Below are positions 52,022-64,000 of a stretch of 64,000 nucleotides of DNA, piece by piece. Position 1 is the first letter of the stretch. The number at the start of each line of letters is the position of its first letter. The position numbers and the translations under genes were made by a program. The notes below the pieces were generated by a model. The model made no database searches. It saw only the letters and a list, made by a program, of their open reading frames with translations, and had not been told where the DNA came from. The DNA comes from Zootoca vivipara (taxonomy: Eukaryota): positions 72,974,001-73,038,000 of the forward strand of contig NC_083276.1 in assembly GCF_963506605.1 (NCBI RefSeq), written 5' to 3'.

Positions 52022-53409
52022 CTACGAGTGAAATGGACTCTTAAATGTTGTCAATTTGGTTTTAGGTGTTTTATGAATTGCCACAGGATGGCAATGTGAT
52101 TCTTGTTGTATATTTCATTAATTATGCCTGTGGGTTGTAAACTGCCCTGAGAGCAGTAATGTGGAAAGGCAATTAACAAGCTAGAAATGACGTGAAATTA
52201 TTACTCTTCAGCAAAGTCTCATATCTGGTCATCTTAGCTCATTAGAGACTCACAAGTGTAGAGAGGAAAATAAGGAAAAGAGGGGAAAATACATGCTGTT
52301 GTATGTTCTTCCAGGTTATGTCATTTTATTATTCCATAGCCTCGAGTTACAGTCTATAAAAAGGCACAGCATATAGTTTACATTCATATAAACACAGACA
52401 TTGGAGCCAGCAAGACGAAAAAGAGACTTTCCCCTTTCCATCCATACCCATTTGAGAGAATCAAATTGCCCATCACATCATCTGCTACACCAATCAACAG
52501 TTGTATTATTAATTGTATTAATATATTAAGTTTCTATATTGTGGACCACCCTGTAGGTTGTGGAGCACAACCACACAAACAAACATAATTGGGTACCAGC
52601 CTAAATATTGTGACACGAACTTTATAACTTCACATTCAGTGGTTTGTTTTTGTTTTTGTTTTAAAGGGGGAAAGAAAAATGGCCAGCTATTGTTTTAAAA
52701 ACTCTGTATAAAGCAAGTTTCGTTTCTTTGTGAGAATGTATTATCACCTCAAAATACTGTTTTTAACACTCAGGTTATAACTACAGCCAAGATCATCTGA
52801 GGAAGACATTAGTTAAAGTCTCAACCTGAAGCAACAATCTGCCTAAACATAGATTGGTTTTGACTTGCAGAACGGTTGAGCTAGTCTGCTATCTCCCGTG
52901 TTCATTATCACACTATTAAACAGAGTCAAATGTTTCTGTAGTTACTATCAGATGAAATGAGCTAATTTCCCTGGAGATTTATCTACACAGACCAGATGTC
53001 TTTAGCTAGCTATTCCCCAGATTGAGCAGAGTGAGGCACATCCAATGCCTTCACTGTTACCATAGAGACAGGCTTTCCCATGCACTGTGCAGCCGTGCTA
53101 TAGTAGCTACCAGCTGTTGTCTAGTCAAACCCTCCACCAGAAGACAGTGAGGCAAAAGTGGGAGACCCAAAGCTGAGGTTCTCCCAGCATCTCAGACAGA
53201 ATCTTCACTGGCATTTCCCCTATCTCCAACCCCTTAGCCATCACTTTGGCTAGCGAGTATTGTTTAAAGCCGTTGAACTCGTGTGTGCGCGTAATTCTCT
53301 ACTACCCTATATTAGTTTGTGTGAGCAGACTGGTAGGCATAATGTGCACTGTAGTGTTGTAGCAGATGCTGCCAGACAGTTAAGAAGCTTAAGGCACAAT
53401 CCGGCCACA

Positions 53410-54150
53410 GTTTTATTCTGTTTTATTATTTAAAATACAATAATCTCTAAGTGGGTTACAAGGATGCAATACAAAAAGAAAAGAAAAACACAACAGTTAA
53501 AAATGGCCTGCTGGAATAAAAATGGGTTCAGTAGGAGCCGGAAGTTCAGGAGGGAGGGGCCTGTCTGACCTCAGCTGGAAGAGAGTTCCATAAAATTGGG
53601 TCCACAATACTAAATATTTGGCTCCTGGGGGATATAAGTTGTGCATCCAAGCTTTAAGGGACCACTAACAGTGACTCCCCCAAAGTCCTTAGTGATCAGG
53701 CAGGGTTATCAGGAATTAGGTAGTCCTTGAAGTATGCTGGACCAAATTGTTAAGGGCCTTGTGAATTAATATAAGAACCTTGACCCTGATCAGGTAGAGC
53801 ATTGTAGTTATGTGTTGCCAATAGTCTGTCCCCATTAGCAGTCTAGCCGCAGCATTTTGCAGCAGCTGGAGCCTCCGGACCAAACCCAAAGGGAGCCCCA
53901 CACAGAACCCATTGCAATAATCAAGTGTTGAGGTTACTAATGCATGGAGCACCGTGGTCACACAATTCCTGTAGTTGACTGTAGTTGACATGCCAGCCAT
54001 AGTTGATAAGCCACCTGAGCTTCTCGTGACAAAGCTGGATCCCAAACTCTGAACCTGTTTTTTCAGAGGGAGTGCAATCCCATCCAGAACAGGCAACTGA
54101 CCAATCTCTGAGATATGGGAACCACCAACACACATTGCCTCCGCCTTCCC
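53410..54150 (-). mobile_element. Decayed L2 LINE 3' part
   Basis: ORF 53716..54135: VLHALVTSTLDYCNG..VGLPLGLVRRLQLLQNAAARLL, typical L2 ORF2 C-terminus. Confidence 0.85.
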
Positions 54151-54772
54151 ACTGATTTAAACAGGGAAGTGAAGCACATGCTTAATTATCTCCTACTTAA
54201 AGCGCAATCTCATTGCTTAACTTTTAACTGAACCATGTCTGTAAATCCCAGTCTCGATGCTCTGTTGAACTAAGGATGAATGCTATCAAAGGGGAAAGCT
54301 CTTCTTCAGATTAGTGTCTCTCTATCGCTATGCTTCCTTCAAAGCTTTAGATACCTCGTTTCAGTCCAGTAATTCATCACTTGCTACTATGATGAGCCAT
54401 AAGAGGAGAAAAACAATTGTGGCCACCATTTTCATTCTTGCATTCTTCTCTTTAAATGGACTCAAGTTCAAATGTCTAATTATAACTTTGAAGAGTTAAT
54501 AATCAATTCAACAAAGGCTTTAGAATGTCTTTGAAGCTGTAACAACAAGCCAGAGATGATGGAGAGGGAGTGTTAACTCCACAGGGAACTTACAGAGTAG
54601 GTTGTAAAGGTGAGAGGCTGGCTTATGTCTTCTAGTTAATAAAACTCTGTTGCTTTGACTTGATAACAATACACAACATACACAACACCAGTAAACCTTA
54701 TCTAGCTTTGAATACAGCTGATAGTTATTTCATTACTCGTGTAATCAATAAAACGGCACTAATGCAGTAAGA

Positions 54773-54908
54773 CAGGCATCCCCACACTTCAGCCCTCCAG
54801 ATGTTTTGGACTACAATTCCCATCTTCCCCAACCACTGGTCCTGTTAGCTAGGGATCATGGGAGTTGTAGGCCAAAACATCTGGAGGGCTGCAGTTTGGG
54901 GATGCCTG
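54773..54908. mobile_element. 136-bp palindromic hAT MITE
   Basis: Perfect 8-bp TSD CAGTAAGA. Confidence 0.92.
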
Positions 54909-55069
54909 CAGTAAGATATGTCTATGTTGCCTTGGTAGTTCACCTACAACAGGAGACAGGTGCTAGTACTGGTGCCCTGTTGATTTGATATTGCCAACCA
55001 TGTTATCCTATTGTTCTCGGCCACATGGAAAATGGGGGCCCTGAGGCACTACTTTGCAGGGGCTCTTTT

Positions 55070-55230
55070 CTTATCTGTCAAACCCCTCAAAGTGCTGCCC
55101 CTCGTAGGATTAATCTTGTCCCTCATGCTTTTTAACATTAATCTGGAACTTCTGGGAGATGCTGTTCAGAAACTTGCAGTGGTGTACCATTACTATGCTG
55201 ATGACATTCGGCTCTTTTTCTCCTTGTCAC
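55070..55230 (+). mobile_element. L2-type RT remnant
   Basis: ILSLMLFNINLELLG...YHYYADDIRLFFS in ORF 55011..55280. Confidence 0.65.
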
Positions 55231-55897
55231 GTAGCAATTTTCCAGTTCACACAAAGGAAGGACTGAGTTTTCTTTTATGAGTAAGGTCACTCCAATGTTA
55301 AACCACTTGTGTGTTGTTACAACCAATTCCACCAGCTAGAAATGTGGCTAGGCATTCTCTCAAAGTTAAGTCACCAAGAACCCCCAATCCAAATTATTTG
55401 TCTACCTTATCTTAAATAAATAGCCATTTGTCAAAGGAAACATAAAAAAAGAGCCAATGCAGCTGAGTTCTTTTAGTTTTACTCCTGGCAGTGTTGTGCT
55501 GAAACCTGTCCCCTAATTTCCTGAAATTTCTCTTCCACTACAAAATATGCTTTTATTTTTCTGCCACGTTCGCGGGGCACACTAGAATTTCATTGGGTTG
55601 TATCTAACATTAGTCATGTTCAGAGTAAACCACGTGAAATTGATGGACTTAAGTTAGTAATGTCCATTAACTGCAAAAGGTCTACTCTGAGTATGACTGA
55701 CATTGGTTACAACCCTTTAAATTTTTGGTGGGTGTGGAGTTGAGCTTACTTTATTGTTGTGGATTTGTACTTTTGTTTTTGTATTTGATGTTTTCCCCTG
55801 TTGAACATTTCTGCAGCCTCCTCTACTGATTTTGTTCCATTTACCATCACTCCCTTTGCCATTAATAAAATATTTGGACACTAGTTTCTTTAAAAGT

Positions 55898-55938
55898 TGT
55901 GTGTGTGTGTGTGCGCGCACACACACACACACACACAC
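55898..55938. repeat. (TG)n-CGCG-(CA)n alternating purine/pyrimidine palindrome
   Basis: Perfect 36-bp palindrome at 55898-55933. Confidence 0.9.
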
Positions 55939-58230
55939 CAAATATGCACAGTGGCCGATCACAGAAGCAATAATTTGTGATAACAGAATCATTGCACTAT
56001 TCCTAAGTAAGTAACACCTATCAAAAGCCATTGCTTCTGTTATCTACACCCACATATATCTGCATACATGACTAGCTTCTCAACCACCAATAGACTATTA
56101 CTCACCCCAAGGGTATAGCAACTGTAATTGCAAAGCTGGATTATAGAGCCGATTTTGGAAAAGCAAATTCTTTTTCCACAAATCACAAAGTGCCCCCTCC
56201 TTCAAAGCAACCTCATAAATCAAAAGACCGTTGCAAATATAATAGATTCCTTCATCAACTTAAAACAGAATGTTTATTTTTGCACACATGATTTTTAGAC
56301 TCTGTTACCTTGAAGCAATGGCTGTTTAAAAAGTGGTTTTTATAGAAAGGGAGAGAAAATATATGCTCATCGGTCTAGACATATACATTGCAGACTAATA
56401 GAAATAAGTGCATCTTTCATAAGATTTATTTTTATAAACAAGGGCTAGACCACCAGTTACATTCAATAAGTATGTTTTCATGTTTCGGCATTCTTGTTAA
56501 CCGCAGCTCCCCTCTCCCCAGCTCCTCCTTTGATCCTACTTCACTGTGCACATCAATCACCTCCCCCAAAGGAGAAAATATATATACATGGACAGTTCAG
56601 CCGACCAACTGTGCAAGGAACACATTGCCAAACCAATCCTCTTCATGGATAAAGAGAGAGCCCAGAGGAGAACTTTGCATATGCATCACCTAGATGGGAC
56701 GCGTACGGATACATAAACATCAATGACACAAGGTTTAATTTACTGAAAGAAAGGGGAGAAAAAGCACAAGACTGAAGACATGGGGATCTTAGAAGCATCT
56801 AAGTGATCCATGTGTTCTGCTTTTTTCAAAATGTATTACCATAAAAAGGGAACCATCTTCAATCAAGGTATAGGTAAAAATACAAACACTTAAAGAGAAA
56901 CAGAAGTATTGAGTAAAGGATGATGACCTGATTATGGAATACAGCTGGTGTGAAGGCTACCCCAATAACTCATTCCAGAAGACCTGATGAACATGTGGAT
57001 GTGTTTGAGATACCACAGTTCACATTGGCTCATCAGAAGCTACCTCAAAAACCAGACAATTGGTGCATCTACCTCAGTATTACTGGCAGGAAGTCTCCAG
57101 AGTATGAGACAGAGGTCTTTCACAGCCCTACCTGGAGATACCAGGATCAAAAGTGGGACCTTTTGTAATCAAAGCTTGAGCTTTTTAATACCAAAGTTTG
57201 ATGGTGTGTTGGTATCACTGCAGCTATCACAACTGTTTAGCTCTGACAAATACTTATTCCCATGGTTCAAGATATCAAAACGAAGAGCACTGGACTGCAC
57301 AAGGTTCATCTTATATATTTTGGAAAACTCTGTCCTTCTGCAAAGAAACAAAGAGCAGAAATGAAATGACAGAGCTTCTCCATTGTCAGCCCTCTTTGAG
57401 ATGTCGCCCGCTCCAGAGTGGCACTCTTGACAGCTGATTCCTGCACAGCACATTTCCCTCTTTCCAAAAGTGAACTTATTGCTAATGATTACCTCATCTT
57501 AATATGTAAGTTCAAAAGAGAATGGATTCAACGCTTCCGATAGTATTAAACTAGCAAAACAGACACACACCAAACACCACCAGCAGCTTGTACTACACCA
57601 CTATGGTCATTTTAAAATATGAAAAGATTTGCCTATTATAGGTGGTTTGGAAATCTGTCTGCACTGAAACACGGCTGACAAACAGAAAATGTGACCTTTT
57701 ATTCTGTTAAAAACAGTACTTAGGAGAGAGGGGGGGGAACAGAAGCTTACGTGGGAATACAAATGATGAAAAGTAAAATAAAAAGTGCATTTCCCATTAT
57801 CCCAGCCATTGTGATTTATTGAGTGATTTGTTCACCCACAGCTTTTTATTTTAGTATTTGGGAAGGGAAAAACACATCCAGAGGTTTATTACCCTTTACA
57901 GAGATATAATGAGATATATTTTCTCCAGGAGGAAAGCCTGCTGGCAAGGACACCAGCTGCATTGGTGCCCAACCCCCAGGGCAGAGGGACAGCCATCACA
58001 CAGATGGGAAATGGCTGGGAAGAAAACAGTAAGAAAGCCCTGAAATAAGAGAGCCTCTACCTACCGTATCAAAGCTCAAGTCTGGAACCCAGATGCTGCA
58101 ATTTGAACATGGTGGCATCATTGTTAAATATCTGATGCTAAGTGACGGATAGCTTTATATTATGTAAAAGTTCAGTATCTCAACGGTCCTGCAGTGACTC
58201 AAAGAGCCTAAAACTAAGAGCCTAAAATAC

Positions 58231-58263
<33 letters not shown>

Positions 58264-58433
58264 AACAAACAAACACACAGCCAACAGCATTTTGAGCTTT
58301 TTACCTGTAATGGTTTACGTGTGACTTTATCATATTAGTAATATTTTCCTAACCAGCTTCATTTTTTAAAGAACATATTTGGTTATTAGCTAAGTAGTAG
58401 ATGGAGTGGAGAAAGCTTACAGTATCAAGTCTG

Positions 58434-58474
<41 letters not shown>

Positions 58475-58936
58475 TCTGGTTATTCATATGTCCTTAATAT
58501 CCAGATTTACTGAGAGCATTAATATTGTAATCTTATCAATTTATCCATTTATTTATGTATTTTTGTGTATGTATATGTGTTGGTATGTTTATGCACACAC
58601 ACACTTTCTGTCTGTCTTTTGATGTACCCAACGTAGGGCTCCTAGCAGTAGCTGTTTTTTGAGAACCTGAAGCACTTTGGAAGACAGGCTGTTGCTTGCT
58701 ATGTGTGTAATCAAACCAATGCCATATCTGATAAACAAATGTCACAGGGTTTAGGTCTTTTCTCAGATTTCTAAAAAATATTGAAAAGGGTGGAGACGAG
58801 ACTGTTCTTACAGGTGCTCTGCAGCTTTTATTTATTTCATTTTCTTATATTTTCCACCAAACGGTGCTCAGATAAGTTAAAAGCAACAGTAAGTATAAGA
58901 TAAAATATTTAAAGGATAGCAAAGGAGTTTTACAAA

Positions 58937-59027
58937 GTTGTTGTTGTTGTTGTTGTTTAGTTGTGTCCGACTCTTCGTGACCCCATGGACCAGAGCACGC
59001 CAGGCACTCCTGTCTTCCACTGCCTCC
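58937..59027 (-). mobile_element. BovB LINE extreme 3' end
   Basis: (GTT)n followed by tagttgtgtccgactcttcgtgaccccatggaccagagcacgccagg. Confidence 0.88.
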
Positions 59028-59582
59028 TAAATGATGCTGTGGAATTAGCATTCTGGAGGTGAAAGGAGCCCAGCTAACCACAGAAGTGTACTGTGGCAGT
59101 GCTTGAAGGGTAGCTGACCCAAAGGCCCCTTTTCCCCCTGACACGTCCCTAAGAAATCCACAAAAATCTACACCAGCCCGCAAACTGGCATAGAGATTCC
59201 TGCTCCTCCCCATACACTAATGTAAATGGGAAGGAAAGACTGTATATAGAAAAAGCAGGAAATCGGAGGGGGGGAGGAAGAGCCTCCCCACCACCCCCAC
59301 CATCTGTGCCCCAGCAGAGGTGGGCCACCAGGGCTTACAGTGTGGCAGCTCCTCTGCCATGGAAGCTGCCCACCAACCTCTTAGGATTGCTCAGTTTGTA
59401 GAGATTTGTATTCAGTTTTTGGAGGTAGTGGAAGAGTTCCAACCCAGACTAACCCAAGTCATTGTTTTTCTTGAACAAATATTTGAAGCAGTTTGGGAGT
59501 CAATCCTATGATTAATAAAGCCTTCTCAATCAATCCCTTTCCCTTCCTGCTCTCCTCACAAAAACTTCACAAGCAGCTAAAG

Positions 59583-59719
59583 CAGGCATCCCCCAAACTT
59601 CGGCCCTCCAGATGTTTTGGACTACGATTCCCATCTTCCCCGACCACTGGTCCTGTTAGCTAGGGATCATGGGAGTTGTAGGCCAAAACATCTGGAGGGC
59701 CGCAGTTTGGGGATGCCTG
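59583..59719. mobile_element. Palindromic hAT MITE
   Basis: Perfect 8-bp TSD AGCTAAAG. Confidence 0.92.
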
Positions 59720-61692
59720 AGCTAAAGAGAGCAAGAAAAGCAAATTGTAGAGCCACCGCTAATGGGAATGTGGCCAATGAGCAAACACAGAGAGGCAGCC
59801 ATGTTGTTCTGGTCCGGTTGGGAGGGGGAAGAGGCTGAAACCCTGGGAAGCCATGGTCAGTCAGCGTAGCCAACCCTGAGGTAGATCCATCAATGGCCTG
59901 ACTTGATCTAAGATGGCTTCCTCAAAGATCAGAAGAAGACCATGGAGACATTTTCCTCTATGTTTAGGTCAGGTTTGCACCATTCCTGATCCACCAGGTC
60001 AGATGTTACGTCATTAGATATGTGCGGCACTCCACAAAATAACTCAATAAGTCTCTTGCTTTCTTCCCTGCTCAGAACCCCCAAAACAGGGCACCTCACA
60101 AATCACAATGTGTGGCTGTTAGAAATAATTCCATGGGATAGTCTCAAGTTGTTCAGCCCTCATTTGGTCTCTCAAACTTTTATATGCAGCTCAATCCCCT
60201 GCATCTGCAGTATGCCATGCCTTGCATCAGGCAATGAGGTTGTGTAGGCAGATTGCATTCTAAAGCATTCTGGTGCAGTAACTCTGGCTGCTGATTATAA
60301 ACTTGCATCCCTTCTTTCTTGGTAGTTGCATTGCCTAATTCAGTGTTGCTTTCCCCTGAAAGATTATTTCAGTAATATTTACACCTTATGTCATTTCCCC
60401 CTCCCAACCCAGCATACTACTTTTCTCGGTTTAACACTAATTGGAGCTACCTCAAAATGCACATTCCACATGTTTCTGTTGACAGACGCTAGACTCCAAT
60501 GTCTAGTCTGCCATATAAGGGGGTTTAGGACATGAACGGAGTAGAAGCCAACAAAATGAAGAATTACATAGCTTTGCATTCTTGAAATGCCCGTCTCCGG
60601 GACTTCATTCAAAATCTTCCAGTGTTTGTGCTTACACAATTTAAAAATAATCCAAAAGTATGCAGAAATAACATATTTCTCACAATAACATATTTTTATT
60701 TATGTATTTGTTACATTTTGAAATTGCCCTTCTTCCTGTTGGAACTCAGAGCAGCAAATGTGTAAAATACGTGAAACTGGAATGCTTTTAACGCCCAAAT
60801 CACAATGGGAAGGAAAACTGGGTTTTTTAACGAGGCAACTCAGCTCAGCCTGCGTAGCTTGCAAGTATCATATTTAAGCTTTTTTGATAAATGTGTATTC
60901 AGTGAAGTCAACATGTACTTATTACTCCACTAAGTGTTACCATTTTCACAATCACCGCTAACACAGAGTGGTCATAGATGACTGTGCACCAACACAATTG
61001 CCATCGCCAGGGCAGGGGCAGCTACACCAAAGATCTGTATGTCTGCAGCATCAAGCCACACCATGATATTTGCCAGATGCCTGCCACACAATTTGCTGGT
61101 TTGCTGCAGGTACATAGGAAAATCCACCACATCATGTGGGCTGGATGCTATATAGATAAACATTTCCCAATTGCTCTGTAGTTAGATTACAAGTGGTAAA
61201 TTAGTGAACTCTTGAAGTTTGCTGATTTGTGTGATGTTGTTGCTGTTTTAGAATATTAGACTCTTTAGGACTAAGTTTATTTACTTGTTATTGTAATTTA
61301 ATGGCACAGTTTTATTGTTTTACTTATAGGCTGCTTTGATGGTCTTCGGGGGGGGGGAGGAAATAAATGTAAATATTAAAAATGCTATTTCAGAACCCAT
61401 CATTAGTGTGCATTGTTCTCTATTTGTTGAAAGACACACAACATTCAGGATAATAGGGAGTTTGATTTTCATGGAAGCTACGCTGTGATGACAATTGGAC
61501 TGATAGATGTACGTATACATGGTTTATTATAAAACAGTAGGCAAAGACTGAAATGCCCCAAACAATTCACAAGCCTGGCTTTAGCACAAAACATAGCATA
61601 ACAGCATAGCATAGGTGCAAATATTTAAGACATATTTTGGTGCCTTTCTCCAGTGCCCATGGCAGCAAGACGCATCACAACCACTGGGGGAG

Positions 61693-62008
61693 AGAAGAAG
61701 AAGAAGAAGAAGAAGAAGAAGAAGAAGAAGAAGAAGAAGAAGAAGAAGAAGAAGAAGAAGAAGAAGAAGAAGAAGAAGAGTTTGGATTTGATATCCCGCT
61801 TTATCACTACCCGAAGGAGTCTCAAAGTGGCTGACATTCTCCCTTCCCTTCCTCCCCCACAACAAACACTCTGTGAGGTGAGTGGGGCTGAGAGACTCCA
61901 AAGAAGTATGACTAGCTCAAGGTCACCCAGCAGCTGCATGTGGAGGAGCGGAGATGCAAACCCAGTTCCCCAGATTACGAGTCTACCGCTCTTAACCACT
62001 ACACCACA
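61693..62008 (-). mobile_element. tRNA-derived squamate SINE with expanded (CTT)n tail ((AAG)n at ~61693-61778 on +)
   Basis: Minus strand begins tggtgtagtggttaagagcggtagactcgtaatctggggaactgggtttgcatctcc (tRNA A/B boxes), CORE-like body, triplet tail. Confidence 0.8.
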
Positions 62009-62109
62009 TTGGAGAGCACCATTGCTGCTCCAGATGTATTAGACTTCAGCTGCCATCAGCCCTGCCAGCATGCTAAAGCTCGGGGATAATAGGAGGTTTA
62101 GTCCAGAAA

Positions 62110-63344
62110 AATTCTACAAGGCAGGCTTAGGCAGTATGTGGACTGAGAACTCCCAGAAGTGCAAGCTGGATTTCGAAAGGGCAGAGGAACCAGAGACCAA
62201 ATAGCAAACATGCGCTGGATTATGGAGAAAGCTAGAGAGTTCCAGAAAAAGTCTACTTCTGCTTCATTGACTATGCAAAAGCCTTTGACTGTGTCGACCA
62301 CAGCAAACTATGGCAAGTTCTTAAAGAAATGGGAGTGCCTGATCACCTCATCTGTCTCCTGAGAAATCTCTATGTGGGACAAGAAGCTACAGTTAGAACT
62401 GGATATGGAACAACTGATTGGTTCTAAATTGGGAAAGGAGTACGACAAGGTTGTATATTGTCTCCCTGCTTATTTAACTTATATGCAGAATTCATCATGC
62501 GAAAGGCTGGACTAGATGAATCCCAAGCCGGAATTAACATTGCCGGAAGAAATATCAACAACCTCAGATATGCAGATGACACAACCTTGATGGCAGAAAG
62601 TGAGGAATTAAAGAACCTTTTAATGAGGGTGAAAGAGGAGAGCGCAAAATATGGTCTGAAGCTCAACATCAAAAAAACCAAGATCATGGCCACTGGTCCC
62701 ATCACCTCCTGGCAAATAGAAGGGGAAGAAATGGAGGCAGTGAGAGATTTTACTTTCTTGGGCTCCTTGATCACTGCAGATGGTAACAGCAGTCACGAAA
62801 TTAAAAGACGCCTGCTTCTTGGGAGAAAAGCAATGACAAACCTAGACAGCATCTTAAAAAGCAGAGACATCACCTTGCCTACAAAGGTCCGTATAGTTAA
62901 AGCTATGGTTTTCCCAGTAGTGATGTATGGAAGTGAGAGCTGGACCATAAAGAAGGCTGATCGCCGAAGAATTGATGCTTTTGAATTATGGTGCTGGAGG
63001 AGACTCTTGAGAGTCCCATGGACTGCAAGAAGATCAAACCTATCCATTCTGAAGGAAATCAGCCCTGAGTGCTCACTGGAAGGACAGATCGTGAAGCTGA
63101 GGCTCCAATACTTTGGCTACCTCATGAGAAGAGAAGAATCCTTGGAAAAGACCTTGATGTTGGGAAAGATGGAGGGCACTAGGAGAAGGGGACGACAGAG
63201 GACGAGATGGTTGGACAGTGTTCTCGAAGCTACGAACATGAGTTTGACCAAACTGCGGGAGGCAGTGGAAGACAGGAGTGCCTGGCGTGCTATGGTCCAT
63301 GGGGTCACGAACTGTCGGACACGACTAAACGACTAAACAACAAC
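62110..63344 (+). mobile_element. BovB (RTE) LINE, 5'-truncated and disabled; RT C-terminal ORF 62458..63336
   Basis: QAGFRKGRGTRDQIAN, LRYADDTTL, RSAWRAMVHGV; stop at ~62425 and frameshift near 62250; 10-bp TSD AGTCCAGAAA; inserted in a decayed MITE. Confidence 0.96.
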
Positions 63345-64000
63345 AGTCCAGAAACATCTGAAGGGCCACAGGTTCACCCCACTCCGAACTCTATTTGCTT
63401 GTTCCATCTTAAACCACACAAGGCAGTAGCTCAGGGTGACAAGACAGGAACATAAGAATCTGCCTTAATTCAAATCAGACTACTGCTCATCTAGCCCAGT
63501 CTACTCTGCCTGGCAAAGGTCACAGACAGGATTATCCCCAATCACCTGCTATCTTATTTTTCTTACTAGAGAGGCCAGGAACTGAACCTAAGACCTGCTG
63601 CATGCAAAGTATGCACTCTTGTCTCTGATCAACGGTAGCTCTCCTACCTGCCCAATGGACATACTTGCTGTTCTGGGCTGCAGCTGTCCTATCCTGCACA
63701 ATATGAGCATTTTTACTCTGTAAACATTAAACAACAAAAAAATAAATCCCAAGGACAACAAACTGCAGTGCCTGGTTTATCTATAAGCGCATAGCAAAAG
63801 ATAATTTGTTTTTTAACCAGCTGAGTTCTAAAGAATACCCATCTCACAGTTAAGAAAATGACAGACCTAGCTAATATATAATTGTTGGCAATCCTGAGCT
63901 AATATTCAGTTATTGTTTTAAGGTTGCAGTGAGACCTTCCTTTCCTATGTCACATTGATTCATTTTCGAAATAAGAGCAATTAGTTCGAAATTGTGCATC

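Noticed and set aside
61581-62042. Poly-K/E/L/F ORFs
   Set aside because: Translations of the (AAG)n SINE tail.
62458-63336. Longest ORF as a host gene or active retrotransposon
   Set aside because: 5'-truncated BovB with upstream stop and frameshift and no endonuclease domain.
37630-64000. KCNQ1 exon 2
   Set aside because: No FLIVL..LIFSVLSTI..TLFWM coding match was found by eye; intron 2 is long and the exon is probably beyond the right edge.

Overview
Vertebrate genomic DNA, almost certainly a squamate and probably a lacertid lizard (inferred from Sauria SINEs, BovB/RTE LINEs with (CAA)n tails and lizard-type MITEs). The whole window lies inside the KCNQ1 (Kv7.1) gene on the minus strand. 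Eight coding exons can be read by hand, all with canonical AG/GT ends: human-numbered exons 3-10 at 37629 down to 17481, 916 nt, covering S2 through the pore, S6, helix A and the A-B linker. Their lengths (127, 79, 97, 141, 111, 96, 123, 142) match the human exon lengths as I recall them. Exons 3, 4, 5, 8 and 9 are not translated in frame in the ORF track. Positions 37630-64000 are intron 2 and 1-17480 are intron 10. The introns are dense with mobile DNA: BovB, other RTE, L2 and CR1 LINE fragments, SINEs, hAT MITEs with 8-bp TSDs, Tc1/mariner MITEs at TA sites, a non-autonomous Helitron, Penelope-like fragments and an ERV LTR. No new protein-coding system is evident. The best leads are: (1) a ~94%-identical inverted 320-bp MITE pair bracketing exons 3-6, which would favour a 444-nt stop-free circRNA; (2) an intact minimal hammerhead ribozyme in a Penelope-like insertion, antisense in intron 10; (3) a microhomology-bounded tandem duplication plus deletion around a Helitron nested in an RTE; (4) a competing in-frame splice donor on exon 9; (5) a Ser at the conserved A178 position. 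All functional claims are untested inferences.
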